Below, one piece after another: positions 1 to 13,600 of a stretch of DNA of 64,000 bases. Where the stretch lies: contig NC_086376.1 in the NCBI RefSeq assembly GCF_036588685.1, forward strand, positions 37,324,001 through 37,388,000, given 5' to 3'. Source of the stretch: Mytilus trossulus. Its lineage: Eukaryota. Position 1 is the stretch's first letter. Each line of letters opens with the position of its first letter. A program made the translations under genes and the position numbers. The notes beneath the pieces were generated by a model. That model was given only the letters and a program-made list of their open reading frames with translations. It had not been told where the DNA came from and ran no database searches.

Positions 1-1752
1 TTGCATAGTATTACAATGTAGCCTCTCATTTAATAAAAGACGCCTATATATACCATTGCTATAATTATTCATTTCAAAATGTTTTCATCTTTTTTCCTAT
101 TGTTAAGTTTTCATTTGATATATTTAAATATTTTTTGTAAAAATAGAAAATTTGGATTTTCCTCTAAGTATTAAAACTTCCTATTTCTTAAGTAATTTAG
201 ATGCTTCTATGCTACTGGGCCGCTCTTGTTATGCACTAGCACAACCCTGCAAAACAAAAAAACTTAAAACCAAAATACCTAGTATTCCCAAATCCTACCA
301 ACGCAACCTGCATGCCAAAAGTCTAAGTCCCCAGTAGTAAAGCGGTCTCTGTTTCCTTTTTTTCTCTAGACTTTTCACTGTTTCTCGTTTATCAAAGAGA
401 AGGAAGTCACAGTGTGCATGTATGTATTCTTTTGTATATATATCGCTGCGAAGTATATCGTGATCAGGAGCTGTGAGTTATCAATTAGTAAAATAACATA
501 CTTGATGTTTAAGGGAAGGCAAAGGCAAAGCCGTTAAATACAGTAGTAATTTTCAAATGCTTGTAGCTCTCACTATCTGGATTATTTTGAAACAAACTGT
601 TTTTTTTAAATTACAAAAAAATGTAAGCAATTATTAGGTCTTACATTTAACCTCTGAAAATATCTCAGAACAATCCCAAACTTTTATTTAATTGATACAT
701 AAGCAGTTATGTCGATTTAGAGGTAAAAAAAAAAACCTCTTTTAAACCAAAAGACAACCGAAAAAAACTTGAAAATTTCTGTGTGTATTACACTTTAACG
801 TTGTGTCGTTTGTTTTCTCTCTTATTTTTAAGTGTAAATTCACATTGCGATAAGACATATCGCGGTACTTGTCTATCCCAAATTCATGTATTTGGTTTTG
901 ATGTTATATTTGTTATTCTCGTGGGATTTTGTCTGATGCTAGGTCCGTTTCTGTGTGTGTTACATTTTAGTGTTACAAAAGAAACCACAACTGCTAAATC
1001 TTATTCATTTTATATCTCTTCATTGCTATTTAGAAACGAAGAAGAGCCTTTCCAAAACAGACAGACTGCTACACAAGATATTTTACAAATATATTTGAAA
1101 ACCAATTAAAACAATTCTACATCGGTTTAGCTGTTTTTCGTAAAACATGTAAAATTAGCATTTTAGGTGAAATACATAAATGTTTTAGACGTCATAGTAA
1201 CACCGCATTTCTGTTCCCAAAGTTCTTTAAAAAAAAATAGAAACTCAATCATGTATCCATCATAAGTTTAATGAAATAAAATCATATCGAATTAGTGTAT
1301 TTCGTACTTTTAAAAATTCTAGTATTGTTTTGCACTCAAGACTTCGTAATAATCCACTGTCATCTGTCTGGTCTTCATAGAAGTCATAACTTTCTCTTTC
1401 AACTTTTAAAATGCATTTGAATTTATTGACGAAAAACGATTCAAGAAAAACCTTCTTAGAAGCCATTGTAAATCGTGGTGCTTTATGGAACTATACTATT
1501 TCAACTTTTGAACGACATTCATTGATGTTTTATTGTAAATTACGGTGATTTTATAAGGATTGAAGCAAACCGATTCGCTTGAAAACGAGATAAAATTTCA
1601 GTGTTGTATTAACTATTTTCGAGTAGCCTAAATGAACCATAGGAACTGTTTTAACATAAGTATAAGTAACTTTTTTTATTTCGCTCTCGGTTTGAGAGCC
1701 AAATGATCCTACAAAATATACAATAATATACTACAAGTGATTCTTGCTAAAT

Positions 1753-2226
1753 GGGCCATTCCAGTTAATTTCTGACAGGTGGGGATGGATGGGGAGATTT
1801 TTGTTCATACCTATCAGAAAAAAACATCATGAAAAACTACCTATCAGATCTATAAATTAAGACCTATCAGATGTAGAGTTTCTGTTCATATTGGGTGGAT
1901 GGGCTTTCATGGGAAAAATTGACCTATCAGAATTTTTACTGCAAGGATTGTACCCATCAGAATTTTAAATCCAATACCAGGTAATGCATAATACGAAACT
2001 GTCTACATTCCAAAGCACCCCCAAGATATGAAAAAGGTATTTTTTGTAACCCCTAAGATGTAATTATTTTAAATTATTTACTGTTGCAAGACCCTTAGAA
2101 GTTGTTGCGTAAAAGTGTACCTGTCAGATGAAAAAAAACAAAATTTCACCCCTAAGATGTATAAATTTTACACCCCTCAGAAAGGACCATCCATCCCCCA
2201 TTATCAGATATTAACTGGAATGGCCC
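1753..2226. mobile_element. MITE, PIF/Harbinger-like
   Basis: TIRs GGGCCATTCCAGTTAAT / ATTAACTGGAATGGCCC, 3-bp AAT duplication, internal CCTATCAGA repeats. Confidence 0.8.
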
Positions 2227-2516
2227 AATGTGAATTTGCATTGTGTCTTGGTATTCATAAATCCAATATTCATGTTATGTCTTATTTGTCAGTAAACTTG
2301 AGTTAATATCCATTTTCCATCGCTCAAGTATAGTGAAAGTCCAAATAATAAACGTTGTAATAGCATTTATTTAAAAACAAAAGATTTTCAAATACCGTCA
2401 TAATCAAGATGATTGTTTGAACTAGTATTATGAAAATAATTGTATGATTTTTAAGACTATTTGTTCTTCACAAAACAATCACTATTTGTGTTGTTCTAAA
2501 TGACAGATTTTTGTTT

Positions 2517-3020
2517 ATGTATGTATGTATGTCCTGGTAAATGCCTCCGATATCCGAAGAACCCCTCGAAAGCTGCGAGGGTACAGTGGCATCCATGTAC
2601 ACTCCCTATCGGGATTAATGGAGATGTGTCACTAACGTATATTTATACGACAATTATTTTTAAAGGACAATTCAATCCCCACCCAACACAAAGGGAGTGC
2701 TAGGACACCGGGAAGTCTGTTATTATGGTGGAGGAAGCCGAAGTACTCGGAGAGAACCACCGGGTCACTCGGTGGAAACAGACAAACCAGAGAGATATCA
2801 GACGATTGATCTCCAGGTCAAAGTAGGGTACAACTTTGACCAACCGAGGGCCCCAAAGTACCCAAGCTAGTTTAAACTCCGGTCTGGGTACCAGAGATGT
2901 GTGTGAGAGGGTGAAAATTACCCTTCTGATGTACTGATATTTTAGCACCCCGAGTGAGAATCGAACTCGGGACCTTCAGCACTGTAGTCATCGGTCTTAA
3001 CCACTAGACCACGAACTCAC
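2517..3020 (-). mobile_element. tRNA-derived SINE with V domain
   Basis: Head has A box TGGTCTAGTGG and B box GAGTTCGATTC (3020-2945). V-like core GGTTCTCTCCGAGTACTTCGGCTTCCTCCACCA (about 2726-2760). (ACAT)n tail. Confidence 0.85.
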
Positions 3021-4499
3021 ATATATTCTTTGGTTTACATGTTGTTACGGCTATTATAATACTAATGTGTATTAGTGGTAAGTGTTTTTTTCTGTTTTTT
3101 TCTTCTTTTTTTTTTGTATTCCTGTCACAGAGTGTTGTCCTTTAAATCGATATCTTTTTTTAGCATTAATATATAAGCTGTAAGATTTGACTAGCAATAA
3201 AATCGGGTTCAATCAACCATTTTTTCTTAAAACGTCCTATACCAAGTCAGAAAAATGGCAGTTGTTATCAAGTAGTTCCTTTCTATGTAAGTTGGCGTTT
3301 GTTTTTGTTACTCTTTAGTGTTTCTGTTGTTCCGTTGTGATGGTTGATGTCTTTCCCTTGGTTGATGTTGTAATCCGGATTTGTTTTCTCAGCAGTAAAC
3401 GTCTGTTGCATTTCTTGGATTTGTTTAATTGTATATTAACTTAAGCTTTCAACTTTATTAATGTCATTGAATTTATGGATCATTTCAATACAAAACTAGA
3501 AGTGTCTGACTCAGATACTTTCAGTTTTATCAGATATTCTGTATAATTATTAGTATAAGTATAAGTAAGTTTTTAATTTCGTTTTAATTAAGACACCAAA
3601 CGTCGTTATCACATTTTCTTCTGTTGTTAAATCCTCGATCTAAATGTGTTAAATCCTACAATGAGTATTTACATAATTATATCATTTGTCTAAGTGCAAT
3701 AAACGTTCAGTTTTGTGAATATGGGCATATCCAAATGACATTTCCTTAGTTTTATGTAGGAGCTATCAAAGTAAAAGAAAAAGAAGGTTCTAGTACTCGA
3801 TTCAACTATCTTTCAATCTTTTTGTCAGATTAGTTTGTACATTTGTATGAATGTGTTAGTCAGTTGTGTTGTATATGTCTTTGATATATGTTTATCCAGT
3901 TTATACTACTGCATCCCAATCATTGTCACATCAACCTAGTATGTCTATTATGTCTATTTAAGTTGATTTTTCAATTTTGGCACAGAACTATAATAAAAAC
4001 TGGCATAAAATTGAGAAGACCACCAATGGGTCTACAACACAGCGCAAAAATCCAACACCCAGGAGGCCTGTTTCAGCTGTCCTGTAAACAATAATGTTTA
4101 TTAGTTCAGTGATAATAGACGTCATACTAAACTCCAAACCATATTAATGAACTAAAACTACAAGACTAAGATAAGCAAACAACCGGGAGGTTTAGGTAGC
4201 TACAAAACAAGGTTTATTCACCAATTTCTGTAGAATATTTTAAAAAGTTTGCCTTGGCGTTTATTTTTTTGGTTATGGTTTTTGACTTTGACGAAGATTC
4301 AGTTTTTCGTATTAGATCAATTTAAGAGTCTAAAGTAGTAAACCAGTGTTCTTTTGTACATTAATCACGATAAACATAATTTACTTCCGCACTGGGCTTG
4401 ACAATATAACATATCTTTGAATTACCATTCAACATTATATCTAAAAAGCATAGTATTATGATGTCTTTTTTTTTCAATTGAGTCAATCGTTATTAAAGG

Positions 4500-5430
4500 T
4501 ATCAAACTAGTCAAAACATTTACTAAATTTTATCATCGGTATCAAGACATCATTCGTAAATATAGCTCAACATGCAGACTTCTTATACGTTCAGGTATTT
4601 CAAATCCAATTTTTTTATGGAAATATTCTTTATAAAGCACAAAGGTGTCAGTATTCACCTCAGAAACTTACAAAACCTTTGAATAGACTTATTAAGAAGG
4701 GATATAATTACGATACTGTTGTCAAGTCATCAAAGATTGCATATGTTGGCGTCAATATCGAGTCACTGATAAGATCTTTGCGTCGGAACTAAACACATTT
4801 ATTCTAAAAACAGTTTTTGGTATGACACGGGTTATGTTCTTCTCATATATGTTATGATGGTATGATACTAAACCCCTAACGGGAAGGATTGTGCCTGATG
4901 TTCATATGATGAAATCATAATCTTTCAGTCAGTTTAATTGAAGTCAGGAGCTGGCATGTCAGTTAACTGCTAGTAGTCTGTTGTTATTTATGTATTATTG
5001 TCATTTTGTTTATTTTCTTTGGTTACATCTTCTGACATCAGACTCGGACTTCTCTTGAACTGAATTTTAATGTGCGTATTGTAATGCGTTTACTTTTCTT
5101 CATTGGTTAGAGGTATAGGGGGAGGGTTGAGATCTCACAAACATGTTTATCCCCGCCGCATTTTTGCGCCTGTCCCAAGTCAGGAGCCTCTGGCCTTTGT
5201 TAGTCTTGTATTATTTTTATTTTAGTTTCTTGTGTACAATTTGGAAATTAGTATGGCGTTCATTATCACTGAACTAGTATATATTTGTTTAGGGGCCAGC
5301 TGAAGAACGCCTCCGGGTGCGGGAATTTCTCGCTACATTGAAGACCTGTTGGTGACCTTCTGCTGTTGTGTTTTTTTTATTTGGTCGGGTTGTTGTCTCT
5401 TTGACACATTCCCCATTTCCATTCTCATTT
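4500..5430 (+). mobile_element. 3' fragment of an RT retroelement (Penelope-like): end of ORF plus 3' UTR
   Basis: Encodes KLVKTFTKFYHRY...; near-identical in inverted orientation to 57137-58070. Confidence 0.75.
5105..5195 (+). ncRNA. Twister ribozyme-like motif, P5 permutation (L1 TAA mutated to TAT)
   Basis: GGGG-GAGGG...TAT-CCCC-GCC-[GCA TTTT TGC]-G-CCTG-TCCCAAGT-CAGG, closed by GGTTAGAGG/CCTCTGGCC. Confidence 0.7.
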
Positions 5431-5449
5431 TATCATGCTTATAATTTGA

Positions 5450-5489
5450 CAGACGCGCGTTTCGTCTACAAGATACTCATTTCTGACAC
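5450..5489 (-). ncRNA. Degenerate hammerhead ribozyme remnant
   Basis: Retains AGAC-GAAA-CGCGCG-TC, but the CTGATGA box is mutated to GAAATGA. Confidence 0.5.
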
Positions 5490-5503
5490 TGTGTGTCATT
5501 TAA

Positions 5504-5926
5504 GGGCATACGATACAGTTCTGATCCTGTATCTACAAGTTGATGAAAATTTGCATATAGGCTATATTTTGCCTGATTAAATCAAATATGTAATAAAAAA
5601 TATACCTTCATGTGCTACTTTTTGAGCTAAATGAGGTCGAAATTTTGTAATTTCTGTATTTTATAAGTATTCAAAAAATTTATGCATTTTTTTTTTCAGA
5701 AATAACTCATATTTATCAAATAGTCATATATTTTCCCTGAAAATTGAAATAGAATGTCAGTTTAAAAAATGGTGGTCCATGCACTCCTTTTCAAATTAAA
5801 TCAGTTTGAATGATAAAAATCAGTCGAAAAATGCATCTTTTCCCGATATGTCACAGTTTGACGTCGCGAAAATAACATTTCACGTTAGCAACGTCATTAC
5901 CTCCCCAGTAACTGTATCGTGTGGCC
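5504..5926. mobile_element. Non-autonomous Kolobok-like DNA transposon
   Basis: TTAA on both flanks, GG...CC termini, imperfect TIR GGGCATACGATACAGTT / AACTGTATCGTGTGGCC. Confidence 0.7.
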
Positions 5927-6425
5927 TTAAATTGTTGAATGTATGTTTTCAAAAATATCTTTTATTACTATTTGAATAGTCATCGAGAGGATAGAAGTGG
6001 GTCGTAACCCTTGGCTAGCGAAGATGTTGAATAGTATTATAAATAACAGTTGAAACAGTTTTAAGAATCACCACGTGTTTCATAATGGAAACTTGTAGTT
6101 CTTTTTTTTCTAATTTTAATTTGGTTTGTACATTTGCGTATAATTAAAAGCAACAGTACTATACCGCTGTTCAAAAATCATAATTCGCCTGAGAGAAAAC
6201 AAAACAGTTTTACAAACTAAAACCGAAGGAAACACATCAATTATAGGAGGAAAGCAATGAATAAATAGAACACTGAAATACAAAAACAATCAATCAGTTA
6301 GGCAACAAACATAGAAACGAACTATTAGATAACAACTGCCGTATTTGGCACAACTTTTTGGAATTTTGGATCCTCAATGCTCTTCAACTTTTTACTTGTT
6401 TGGTTTTATAAATATTTTGATATGA

Positions 6426-6469
6426 GCGTCACTGATGAGTCTTATGTAGACGAAACGCGCGTCTGGCGT
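6426..6469 (+). ncRNA. Minimal type I hammerhead ribozyme
   Basis: Stem I GCGTCA/TGGCGT; CTGATGA; stem II GTCT-TATGT-AGAC; GAAA; palindromic stem III ACGCGCGT; GTC cleavage triplet ending at 6463. Confidence 0.85.
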
Positions 6470-6840
6470 ACTAAATTATAATCCTGGTACCTTTGATAAC
6501 TTTTATATTCCTGACTTAGCACAGTTATTTGTTTATGTATGTTCTTTATATTGATATTATCTTATTATTTGTTATGTTACAACATTCGACGTTTATTTGG
6601 TTTGTTTGTTTGTTTGACTTATACATACATTAAAGATCAAAATTTGTCTTCGAGTCTATCAGACCCTGTTACAGTCTTGCTCATCTCTTTCACATAGATA
6701 TTTTTCTTATATGGAAGAAATTAACACCTTATTTTCGGTTAAAAGTAATTTATTAAGAAATGACATTTTCGAATAAGCCGAATAACGATATAACGTCATA
6801 ATGATAATATGTCCATTAAATACTTAAATACTTCATATGG

Positions 6841-6940
6841 CGTGAGAGACGACCAAAGATAGTCGCTTCATGTATCGTGGTCCTGTTTCATATGGTATTA
6901 GAGACGATCAAAGATAATCGCTTTGTGTATCGCGTTTCTC
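6841..6940. repeat. Degenerate tandem duplication, about 57 bp
   Basis: GAGACGA(C/T)CAAAGATA(G/A)TCGCTT...TGTATCG occurs twice. Confidence 0.6.
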
Positions 6941-9900
6941 ACAAGATAATCCATCTTTTGTCTTGTGAATCGAGTTTCAACATTTTATGTTGATGTTCAT
7001 GCTGGGTTTTTTTTTGTGGTTTTTTTTATATATAGATAAGACCGTTGGTTTTCCCGTTTGAATAGTTTAACACTAATTTTGGGGTCCTTTATAGCTTGTT
7101 ACTCGGTGTGAGCCAAAGCTCCGTATTGAAGCCCGTACATTGACATGTAATGGTTTACTTTTATAAATTGTTATTTGGATGGAGAGTTGTCTCATTTGCA
7201 CTCATACCTAATCTTACTATATCTCATAAGTAGATTAAAAACGATTTTGCTGGTTAATAGATATAGCAATAAACATTTCGCCCATAATTCTACATTCAAG
7301 TGATTACATTATTCAAGTTTCAAGATTCTGCAGTTTGCGGTTGTTGGTAATGAACTAGACATTAAGTATTGGCACACGCATGTACGTTAATCAGGAGAAA
7401 TAATATTTCTATCTTTTTTGTTGTACGTGGGGATAAAAAAAAGTATGCTGTCCAAAATAAATGCAAACAAACTTCTTACATCTCAAATTGCAGTATTTTT
7501 TAAATGGCTTAAAGCAATACAACAATGAAGACCACATACTATCTAAAAATCCTAATATAAATCAGAAATAAACTACCGAGAAAATGACAATAGTAAAATG
7601 CTTGATTTGTTTTATTGACATATGTTTTCGGTTGTTGGACATGTCACTCCACCGTCGGCATTGCTATGGGTATGAACTGTGTTCTTCTTCCCGCCAACTG
7701 TTTCTATTTTCTTTTTTATATAAAGCATACTTAAAACAAGGGATTCAAATTTTGGTGATCACATCTATGTACCCAGTTATAGTACGTTTTACAAACAACA
7801 CCTTCATGGTTAGATTTGCCGTTATGGGATATCTGTGGCACAGCTGATAAAAATACATGTAGTATGGAGTTCCTGTTTCACTAGACGCGCCTGTTGTGAT
7901 TGTCATATCATGAAATTAGCCGGTGGAAAGTCATAATTACGTCATTAACGAGGAAATGAGGACAGGATAATTGTAATGAAAAATTGCACAATACCACGAT
8001 CATCTGTGAGTGACCTAAGGATGATGGCTTTAATATGTCAAAGAGGTGATTTGATATGAATTGTTAGCAATCCTGTTGATATTTGAAATATCCGTAGACA
8101 TTTCATTTTATCAAAACTCGGCATTTCATTTACGGATAACATATGATTATACAATATGCATATACACACTTGTTGACGAAGATAAAATATCGTATTGAAC
8201 ATTTTATTTTTGCCAAAATCGTTGCTCTTTATATTAACAAATGTCGTATCGACATGCTTAGTGACATTGCAACTGACAATTATACCTAAATTCAGCGTAA
8301 TAATTATATTTAAGCCTATATCAAGTTAAAAACATTCGCTTTTTCAGCGTCAGAAACCCATACGTTTCTATCGTAAGACAAGGGAAATTAAGTATAACAA
8401 TATGGTAAAAAGTTTTATAACTACGTGAACCTTGATTTAGAACATGACTTATATTTACATTATGTATCAAAATTGGTCATCGTACCTTTCACAACCTATA
8501 TCAATCTTGATTATTTATTTCATATAGATTCTTGTCATTTTTTGTATCTGAATATTAAGTAGTTAATCATACAGTACTTAAACTATTTGAAAACAAAGAC
8601 CCCTTCAAATAAGAACGGCGTTACTTCAGACTTTTTCATCCAGTTTCGCTCCTTTTAGACGTTGAAGCGATTCCCTTTGTGTTTTAAAACTGAAAACCCA
8701 TCTTATTTTCGCAGATACTTTTACTGACCCATTTTGCGGCGATTCAATTTCGCGATTGTAAATTTTACTTGATGAAGATAAATAAGGAAAATTTCAAGTT
8801 TTACATATTCTGGACGATTTATATTCGCATTTGTTTTCTTCTCGCCAAAGTTGCGAAAAGAAGTTGGTATAGAGTATAATGAATGGGGTTATGAGTGTTA
8901 ACAAAGTAAAACTACTGTTGTTTGTATGTATCCGTAACGTATTATATCCAGTGCTATTTGACTATATTTGATTCTGCTTTTGTCGTTTGATTGTTACCAT
9001 CATGATTGATTATTATATCACTGTTGGTCAAAGATACAGAGACGATGCTGTATATCAATGAAATTAAATATCCACACCCGCGCTTTTTTTTATACTTCAG
9101 ATCAACAGAAACAGGTCAAACAAAACCCTGTGAAAGCTAGAGATGTAAAAATACGTTAAAACATTAGAATCTATATAATATAAAGAGACCTAAATACAAT
9201 AGTCAATTTATCCAATGCTTGCGGAAGATGGAACATTAGTTATTTCATAATTTATTGACGAAGCATGTAAGATAACTAAGTAAAAACACCGATTTCATAT
9301 TAAATCTAGCATAAACAGAAGTTTGAAGTTTCTTAAAGTTGATTATACCTTGATTTCAATTTATTTTATATATACAATAAAATCATCATAGATACCAGGA
9401 TTGAAAATTTGTATTTGCGCTAAATGCGCGTTTACTTTATATTTTTTAAATTAAATAAATTTCAATACACCCATTTATTTTAGAAGAGAGAATGTGTTAA
9501 GAAGCACTTCATGTGTGAATGTAATTTTGGAGTTATTAGTGGAATTATGGACCTTAAAATTGTGGGTGGTAGTTTATTCAAATCTTCAACCGTTTTTTGC
9601 ATTGAAGATGATTGTACTTTTGTTAATGGGCAGATATTGTTCTAAACTAACTTTTAATGATTTCATTAGAATGGATTATTAATTTATCGTTTTGTAAGGT
9701 TGCCTGTTTAGATCATGTAGCATTTTAGGAACACTTTTAGTGGTGTGATATCTGTTGCAGGCATATAATGCAGATTTTCTTTGCATATGTTCACATCTGA
9801 ATATATCATTTGTGTTGTCGTTTGTTTTTGTTGAATTTTAATGTTTCTGTTGTTTCGTTGATTTTCTCTTATAATAGTTGATGCGTTTCCCTCAGTTTTG

Positions 9901-10199
9901 GTTAGTGACCCGGATTAGTTTTCTCTCGATCGATTTATGACTTTGGAACTGCGGTATACTACTGTTGCTTCTTTATATAATCTGAAGGGTTTAATTCAAA
10001 ACATGTCAAGCAACATGAAAATGTTTGGTACCAAAATTGTTTTGTTATCTCTTTCTTATATTAATTTTAATAAAATGAGCTTTCGTCTAAATGAGGGGGA
10101 TCGATTTGCTTTTGGAGCTAGTTGTTTTATATGCGCGTTCTAATGTAGATATTCATATAGTGTAAAGCCGATTAGATCTGTTCTGAATGCGACCACGAA

Positions 10200-10690
10200 T
10201 CTTGTAGTAGAAATCTAAGTGTTTTTCTAAGTTGAGAAACTGAATATTGTGGGTCTATCTCTTCTCGAAGCTTACTGCAATACGGTGCCGTAAGCAAAAT
10301 TTCTTATTTGCTGTGTTTTAGATAGTAATGAAAGTAATTTATGTAAATGAAAAGGAGTTTCGATTCTAGTACTGTGTCCTGAGGATCCGAATATTGGTGT
10401 TAATAGAATTTGTGCAGAGTGTATTGCCTAGATAACAGCTCATTGGAATTGAATTTGATTACCAATGTTGTAGTAGAACTCTTAAGTGTTTTCTTAGTTG
10501 GAGTCTCGTGAGTCTGAGTCGAACTCTCCTCGAAACTTTATGTAATCATTTTTTGCAGGTTTAAGCCCGGTGTATCAAAATTCTTATTTGGTGGTGTTAC
10601 AGATGGTCATGCAAGTGATTCATGTAAAACAAAAGAGTGTCGATTTTAGTACTGTGTTCTGCGGATCTAGACGCCTGATGTTACAAAAGC
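10200..10690. repeat. Diverged tandem duplication, about 265-bp unit
   Basis: TTGTAGTAGAA...AAGTGTTTT...TTCTTATTTG...TCGATT.TAGTACTGTGT.CTG.GGATC occurs at about 10202 and about 10468. Confidence 0.65.
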
Positions 10691-13600
10691 TTTGTTCTGA
10701 TATTGTGTTTTATGGATTCTCTTGAAGTTTTATAGCTTAAATTTTTTCCAAAACCCAACCATTTTACATAAGTCTTATAAGGAAAATTTCATTTTTATTC
10801 CTGATGTATGTATAGCACTCTCAACTAATAATTATAAGTAATTTTAATTTTTGACCATTTTAATTCTTATTTGTAAATATATGCAGTTGTTTCTTAACAT
10901 TTTCCTACACCCCAGCACATATGAATTATTATAATTTTTTTTAAAACTTTATGATGACAATCCTATGAATTAATTATGATATATATTATTTAGTGATCAT
11001 TATAACTAAATTCAGTCATCTGTATATAATTAATTGTTTCCCTATGTTTTAAGGTGTACATAGTTGCTCAAACTATACCCTTTGGGTAGTGCTCCACAAT
11101 TAATGGAGGAATATATTATATACAAGGAACTGAACTGAACTTGAAGAGAAATGATTCAATCATCAATCAAAACATAACTTCAAATATTTGTTATGACTAC
11201 AATGTGTATGGATCAGATTTAGAAACTAAACAAAAAAATAAGACCTGTTTGATAACATGCAATCTACATCTCTTTCCTAATGCAATAAACATACCAACCC
11301 CAATGAAAGTTATAACGGAAAGTCAGTCAACAAACGAAAAAACAAACGCATAAACACATCAAACGAATAGATGACAACTGTTAAAGTCCAGACTTGTTAC
11401 AGGACCTCCGTATTTAAAAAATTGTGTTTTACCTGGTCGTTCAGCCAGCTAAACCTATAGTGCAATAACCAATGTTTGATTTTATAATTGACATATTTTG
11501 ACATTCAGTTGTCTCGTCTTTCATCGGTTGTAATTCCTATGGGTACCAACAATGTTCTGTTTGCTGGTTTTTTTTCTCAACTACATGTAGGATACACTTC
11601 TCGAGAAGAGTGATAGCATTGTATTTCAATAAAGATCATATACTCCCATAAAATCATTCAAATGTTTTAACTATGCTGATTGAATCAGCGTCTGTTCTCT
11701 TTTGGACTCACTGGGGCTATTTTTACATTTAAGCTGGAAAATTGAACTGATAAAGCATATTAAGCTATCTAAAAAGTGTTCTTATATATCCTTCCTGAAA
11801 ATTTTGTCAGTTTGTCTAATCAAAAGGATTTTTTTTCTAATAGACACAGATATATGAAATGTAAAACATAAACACTATGGCTAAAGACAAGAACTCTTCC
11901 AACACATTCAATTTTAATAAAAAGAATTTGTAGTACAAGAGAAAAAAAGCTTGAAGGCAATATTCATATCAATAATGAAAAAAAAACAATATTTTATCAC
12001 TCTTGTGCTAAAATAGTTTAATGATATTATACACAGACAATAAATTATAAATATCCAAAACCATTCTAAACAGCACTTATTTAGCAAAACTTTCATTAAC
12101 ACAGATTTTAACTCCTTCCTGAATTGTGATAAAAAAAAAGAAACCAGTAAATCGGCTAATAAATTTCTCTACATTAATGAATTAGACTAATTGAAAAGGA
12201 AAATATGAAATCCTAATGGACCAATAAGGAAATATATCATTCTATATAACTAATTTGATTCCCTGTTTTAATGCTTTATGTTTGGTTTGTTTTTATTCCT
12301 CCTATGTATTTTACAAAAAATCATGTTATTTTAGCAATAAAATGTTATTTGTATTTTTATGTTATTTTTTTTTTTTAAATAAAAAAAGTTTATAAAACAG
12401 ATTTATTAATTATAGGCAACAGCATTTGTTCAAATGATGTTCAATTTAAATCTCATTAGTCATATAAGATACAAATCAGGGTTAGAAAAACAGAGGTAAT
12501 CACAAGAACTACAAAAGAAGGGAGAATTGGTGAAATGACAGAATAGGTAGCTCTCTTTATGCATGAATCACAAACTGTGCAAAGGATTTGGTTCAATAAC
12601 TCATAAGTTTAGCCATTAAAATATAGAAAAAAAATTACTGCAATAATTTTAAGGAATATTGAAGGTAAAATGCCCAAATCTCTCAGACAAATAAGAGATA
12701 AACCATTTTCAATAGTGATGTATTTGTGCTGTGTAGATTAATGAGTAAAAAACCCTGATTTTTTTGATAATTTGGCAAAATCTAAAACAGAATTCCCCAA
12801 AAATAAACAGTTGTGCAACCCTTTGACATCAAACCTCTATGCTTGAATATTCTTTGTGTCACATTTTCAAAATTTCAATGGATGAGGGATAGTATCATAT
12901 ATAAAATAATGATAAAAGGTTGAAAAGTTGCCTTTAAAGTAAATTCAGTACCTATTTCAGGCAAATAAATTCATAAATAGGTAGAAGATGTACAATTATT
13001 CTTATCAACCTTTTAACATAACACATTTAGCACTACATTTTTAAACAGTCTAATCAAACAATTATTTTTGAAAAATACACCTTTACAGCGCCATTTATTG
13101 CGGTTACGGGTTCCTTTTCGCTCCGTCAAAGTGTCATAATTATTAAGTCATAAATAAACATTAATAAATATTTGGTCACCAATAAATATTTTTTTTTCTT
13201 TTTCCTCAAAGACATTTCATCCATAAATTTCTTTTTTCTTTTTTCTCAGAGACAGTCACGATGAAAATATTCTGCAAATAAGGATATAAAACAAAGGTGG
13301 TTTAAAGGTCACATAGCTACCAAGATCAATCAATAAGCTTTTCTATATGTTTGTCATGGATAATCAAAGTACATGAGGAAGATGGATTAATTATATAATG
13401 CATTAAATGTTTAAAAATAAATAACAATGGTAGAAATAAACTTATGATTTACATTTTAGAATCTATTAGGCTATATATAGGGCTAATGCCATTTATAGTT
13501 GTTTCATCGACATTTTTCTTGTATGATTTTACCTCTTGTTGACATTCATGTCTGATCTCCTTTTGTTCAGCAGTGTTTCATTAGCCAAAGATATCTGGAG

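Noticed and set aside
2945-3020. Possible tRNA gene on the minus strand
   Set aside because: A and B boxes are present, but the anticodon and acceptor arms pair poorly and the sequence continues into a V domain and (ACAT)n tail. It is a SINE head.
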